DNA from: the human T2T-CHM13v2.0 reference genome, Homo sapiens
NCBI RefSeq assembly: GCF_009914755.1
Contig: NC_060937.1
Strand: one strand, 5' to 3'
DNA: 64,000 bases
Positions 59,828-64,000 of the stretch are shown one piece after another. The first letter of the stretch is position 1; the number at the start of each line of letters is the position of its first letter. The position numbers and the translations under genes were made by a program. The notes under the pieces are model-generated. The model worked only from the letters and a program-made list of their open reading frames with translations. It ran no database searches and was not told the DNA's origin.

Positions 59828-62489
59828 GAGAGAGAGAGAGAGAGCAAGCTTAGTTAGAAATAAGCAGTCCTAATGAACATAGTTACATTTAAGGACTTGC
59901 CATAGGTTAAGTTAAGTCACTGTGACTACCTGGACAGCCCTGAATGCACAGATATAGTAATACTGTAATATGGCAAGAAAGAAGATGTTCTTACCTCCCA
60001 TGGAGTTAGGGTATACAATAAAATCTTTATATTTGAAAACAAAATTAATGCAAGTTGATGTTTCCAAACTTTCCACATCCCTGATTCTATCTGAGCTTTT
60101 AATTAGTTAAGAGAAGTTCAAAGTAAATTAGCCTTTAATAAGTTAAATGCAAAATCCATGGATTTCTAAATTTTAACTTTAGTGAAGTATTTTCTAGGAA
60201 CCTTTCCCCAATTATAGAATAAAAAACACAAAACCAGCACTTGACTTTTTTAAAATTTAAAATCTGACTTGCTAATAAAATTTTATCAATCCTCCCTGAT
60301 CTTAAAGCATAAGTAGATGTTTATAATTTGCATGCATACATCAGAAATAAGGCAGATGCAAAAGGTTATTAACTGATATGCAAGCAAGGATAGCATTTAC
60401 TTAACAAAAACACAGATTCATTTAAATCTTTTTTTAATAAATGTTCATATATATGTACTAAGCTATTTGAAGTCAATAAACATAAATGGTTATTAAATTA
60501 CTACATAATCGAGACATTTTCTTAGGTAAGTGTATATTTAAATCTGAGATTTCATAATGCAATATAATATGTGACAATCAGAGTTATAATTAATACATAT
60601 AACTTTAGATGCAATTGTTTTCCAAAAATTGTAGTACTTTAGTAACCGTGTTTTTTCCTATAATGAATGATGCATATATCTCTGTATCTTCTTACAAAAT
60701 ATTTTCTATTTGATGATTCCTTGTTCAGATATATAAGTGAAAATCATCTAAACATCAAAGATGCAATCCAGAAAAATCAAATAAAAAAGGAAATGGGAGA
60801 TAGTGACAGAACAAAAGGGGGATTGATAGGAGGTAGTTAAGGAAGTAACTAGGGTTTGGAGATGAAATCTAAAATGCACACTAAAATGATGGACTAAAAC
60901 TAAACTACAGATAGAGTTTCTGGAGGTAGAAAGATGAAAATAAAAATCAGAAAGTATCCTGTGTGAGATGATAAAATATGGGTAAGTAAACAGAAAAGTA
61001 AATTAATTCAGAGTAATAAAAAAATTCAGATTTCATGATGAGGTGTGAAGGTTTGTTCAATTCCGTACTGTTTTACAGTGTTTGATTATATAGTTGCTTT
61101 TCAACAGGGGAGCCTAAACTTCTAGTCCAGTGCTTTCTTGCGACACTAAAACAAAGTTTTCCATTTGAAAATTAAGTGTCATGATACCAACTCCACATGC
61201 CTGCGTGTGCATGGGAAAGCTTCAGTTTCTGTTATCTGTCTTCTCTTTTTCCTCTTCTTCTTATCCAAAAAAATAAATAAATAAAGTATTTAACACATAT
61301 ATAAAATGATGCAAAATCCATGTTTTTCCATTTTATTCTAACTTTTAGTTTTAAAAGTTACGCAAGTCACAAGAAATGTATACACCAAGCTCAAATTATT
61401 CACATCTAAAGACTTGAAATATATGAAGTTCTCAACTTTAAAATGATCCTAAATTGCATATCATTTTTATATAAACTTCCCCTTTAACTTACTAAATTAA
61501 AATGAAAATCATACAGCATATTTAAATCTAGATTTCTTATGAAACAATTTCCAAAGTTTGCCACCAGTGAATTATTTCCTTGATTAGCTTGAAGTACTTT
61601 GGAACAGGGAAGAAAGAAAATAATTCTGGGCTTGTATAAACATCTACCTTCAGTGAGCTTAACAAGCAAACATTAACAAATGCTTTGCATCCTATATACT
61701 TACAACAGTCCTATAAAACAATAAACTTCTGAAAGTAATTACTTTAAATTTATTTTTCCTCTACATTGAAGCAGAAAATATTGTCACGCAAAAGGTAGCA
61801 TTGAACTTGTATAATAATAGAGATTTATTGAGACAGGGAACAATGCTGATTAAAAAAAGAAAAGCATTGAAATATACCCTAACATCTTTCCTGAAACACA
61901 TGATAATAATTATCTTAGGAAAAGGTGGTACTGACAACAGCATAAATGATGCTGCCAAATCGAGAGTTAATTTTATTTTAAAGGATTAAACCATAAATTA
62001 CTTCTTTAAAATTAGTGAGAAAAAAATAGATCTCTTCTAAAGTCAATTTAATCAATTCACAAGAATTTTGCACAAGAGAAAAAATTATTAGACCATAACA
62101 TTCCAAGAGGTTATATGAGGATCATATTAAAGAGACTTGCCACTCTTATTCAGGAGCTAATTAGGAATATATATGACTGGATTTTCAAATATCTGTTTAA
62201 CAACTTATAGTCTAACATATTTATTGCCATCTCAACCTAGATTGTAAAGCAGTAGTTGGTTAGGATTTAATCATTTTTAAACTGTTCTCTTTTTAAAAAT
62301 TTACTTCTAAACAAGGACTAATTTTCTTAATTGTGTGTCATATAGTATCTTAGCAGAGTCAAAAGATAATGGGCATTTAATAAATTCATGTTGACTAATA
62401 AGTGCCATGTATTGTTCACAATTAGCTATTCCCTTCCTGACCTTGCCCTGCTTTCACATAGGCAGAATGAGAATAACACTTTCTTCATT

Positions 62490-62787
62490 ATAGAAGGTTT
62501 TCCTCCTTTTTTAATTTGAGCTTGGCTATGAGACTTGCTGTGGCCAATGACATGTGAGCAGATGTGACATATACCGTCACTGGGAAGAAGTCTGACATGG
62601 ACCAACATAGATCTGTCCCTTCCTGAGCCTCTGTTGTCTTCTATGAGAGCGCATGGGTCAGCAGACCATAGCAGAGCTCAGCAGAGTGGTCCCTGATCAG
62701 CAGTCCTCAAATATAAAGAAATGGTTGTTGTCATAAGCCAGTGAGATGTTGGTATTGTTTGTTGCTGCAGGTAAAGCTGACTGCACA
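62490..62787 (+). mobile_element. MLT1H/I/J-like MaLR LTR
   Basis: tgagacttgctgtggccaatga...taagccagtgagatgttgg...ttgtttgttgctgcag...agctgactg. Confidence 0.6.
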
Positions 62788-63377
62788 AGATGCGTCATAA
62801 ATAACATAATTATTTTTTGTGATACTTAAAATGAAGAGCATATGTATGCTAGAGCTCAACTGCAGATAGAATGCATCAGAAGTAAACAACCTTTATGTGA
62901 AAAGAAACTCAAAGCTTTCAACACCTATGAGTAGGGTAAGGAAACTGCATAGGACTAAGAGTAGACCCCTAATCACAGCAAATCTGCTCCTTCAAGTTAA
63001 TTCTGCATTCACCCTTAGGGGAGGAAAAGAGGAGAGAAAGTTGGATTTTAAATGATGGTACCAGCTATGTGAAGTCTACATGTTAAGACAGATATATTGA
63101 TAAACACTGACTTACTAAATATTGTACCTGATTATTAACAAATAATCCAAGACCGTCTGTCCAAGTATGGAGGGGAAGATGAATACAGGCCTAAAATGAA
63201 GTTATTACAATGTGAAAAAATTTTACTGAGTTCAAAATAGAGTGATAAAAATTCACTTTCAAACTACTTAATGATGACATTTCATCTCTTCAAATAAGGA
63301 AGTGTAGAGACAAACCGATTTTAATTAAAAAATACAATATATTTAAGTATGCTTCTTTGCTTCAAAAATCAATGCAG

Positions 63378-64000
63378 TCCTTTTTTCTGGACCCGCCATC
63401 TTCCAGTAATTCATCAAAATGAGAAAAACAAAGGGAAAGAAGAGAGGCACCTGATATATGTTCTCTAGGCCTTTGAGACAACATAGAGTTGATCCTTTGG
63501 CCACGAATATGCAAATCTGTAAGGTGATATTGTAGACATCAAGAGAATGCGTACTGTTCAAAAAGGAATGCTCCACAGGTGTTACCATGGCAAAACTGGA
63601 AGAGTCTACCATGTTCCCCAGCATGCTGTTGACATTGTTTTAAACAAGTTAAGGGCAAGCTTCTTGCAAAGAGAATTAATGTGCGTACTGAGTATATGAA
63701 GAACTCTAAGAGCTGAGATAGCTTCCTGAAATGTGTGAAGGAAAGTGATCAGTAACAGAAGGAAGCCAAAGAGAAACATACCTGGGTGCAACTGAAGCAC
63801 CAGCCTGCTCCACCCAGAGAAGCACACTTTATGAGAACCCATGGCAGGGAGCCTGAGCTGCTGGAACCTCTTCCCTGTGGATTCATGGCTTAAAAGGTAT
63901 TTAAAAAATAAAAATAAAAGATCTCTGGACTGTGAAAATGTTTCTCTTTATTGAGTAGAAGTATGGCGTCCCCTCCCCCCAAGAAATATTTAAAGCAAAT
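63378..64000 (+). pseudogene. Processed pseudogene of ribosomal protein L21 (RPL21 retrocopy), continuing past the window end
   Basis: Pyrimidine-rich 5'UTR (cgccatcttccagtaattc). CDS remnant 63419-63893 translates as MRKTKGKKRGT*YMFSRP...[10 protein letters not shown]...KRINVR...[14 protein letters not shown]. It has three in-frame stops and two 4-bp deletions (475 = 483-8 nt), no introns, and AATAAA at 63907 and 63913. Confidence 0.94.

Noticed and set aside
63393-63402. YY1-like CGCCATCTT motif as a DACH1 regulatory site
   Set aside because: It is part of the RPL21 5'UTR carried in by the retrocopy.

Overview
AT-rich human/primate genomic DNA lying entirely inside the DACH1 (dachshund family transcription factor 1) gene, which is transcribed on the minus strand. 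The only genuine coding exon is a 116-bp DACH1 exon (41048-41163, probably exon 2). Two processed pseudogenes lie antisense to the host gene. One is a young, full-length H3.3A (H3-3A/H3F3A) retrocopy at 34207-35254, with an ACG start, a Q19 stop and retained CpGs. The other is an older RPL21 retrocopy starting at about 63378 and running off the window end; the ORF track misses it. The rest is about 22 Alus, L1/L2/CR1/MIR fragments, MaLR LTRs, DNA transposons (Tigger3a, MER1A, MER44A, MADE2) and microsatellites. Repeat-free, motif-dense blocks (about 2340-3050 and 41230-41560) look like conserved developmental enhancers. There is also a cluster of small local rearrangements: two nested inverted repeats with the same architecture, a near-perfect 105-bp tandem duplication, and 46-, 52- and ~200-bp dispersed duplications. 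I found no convincing new multi-gene system. Repeat subfamily names and comparisons with parent mRNAs come from recognition and memory, not from database searches.
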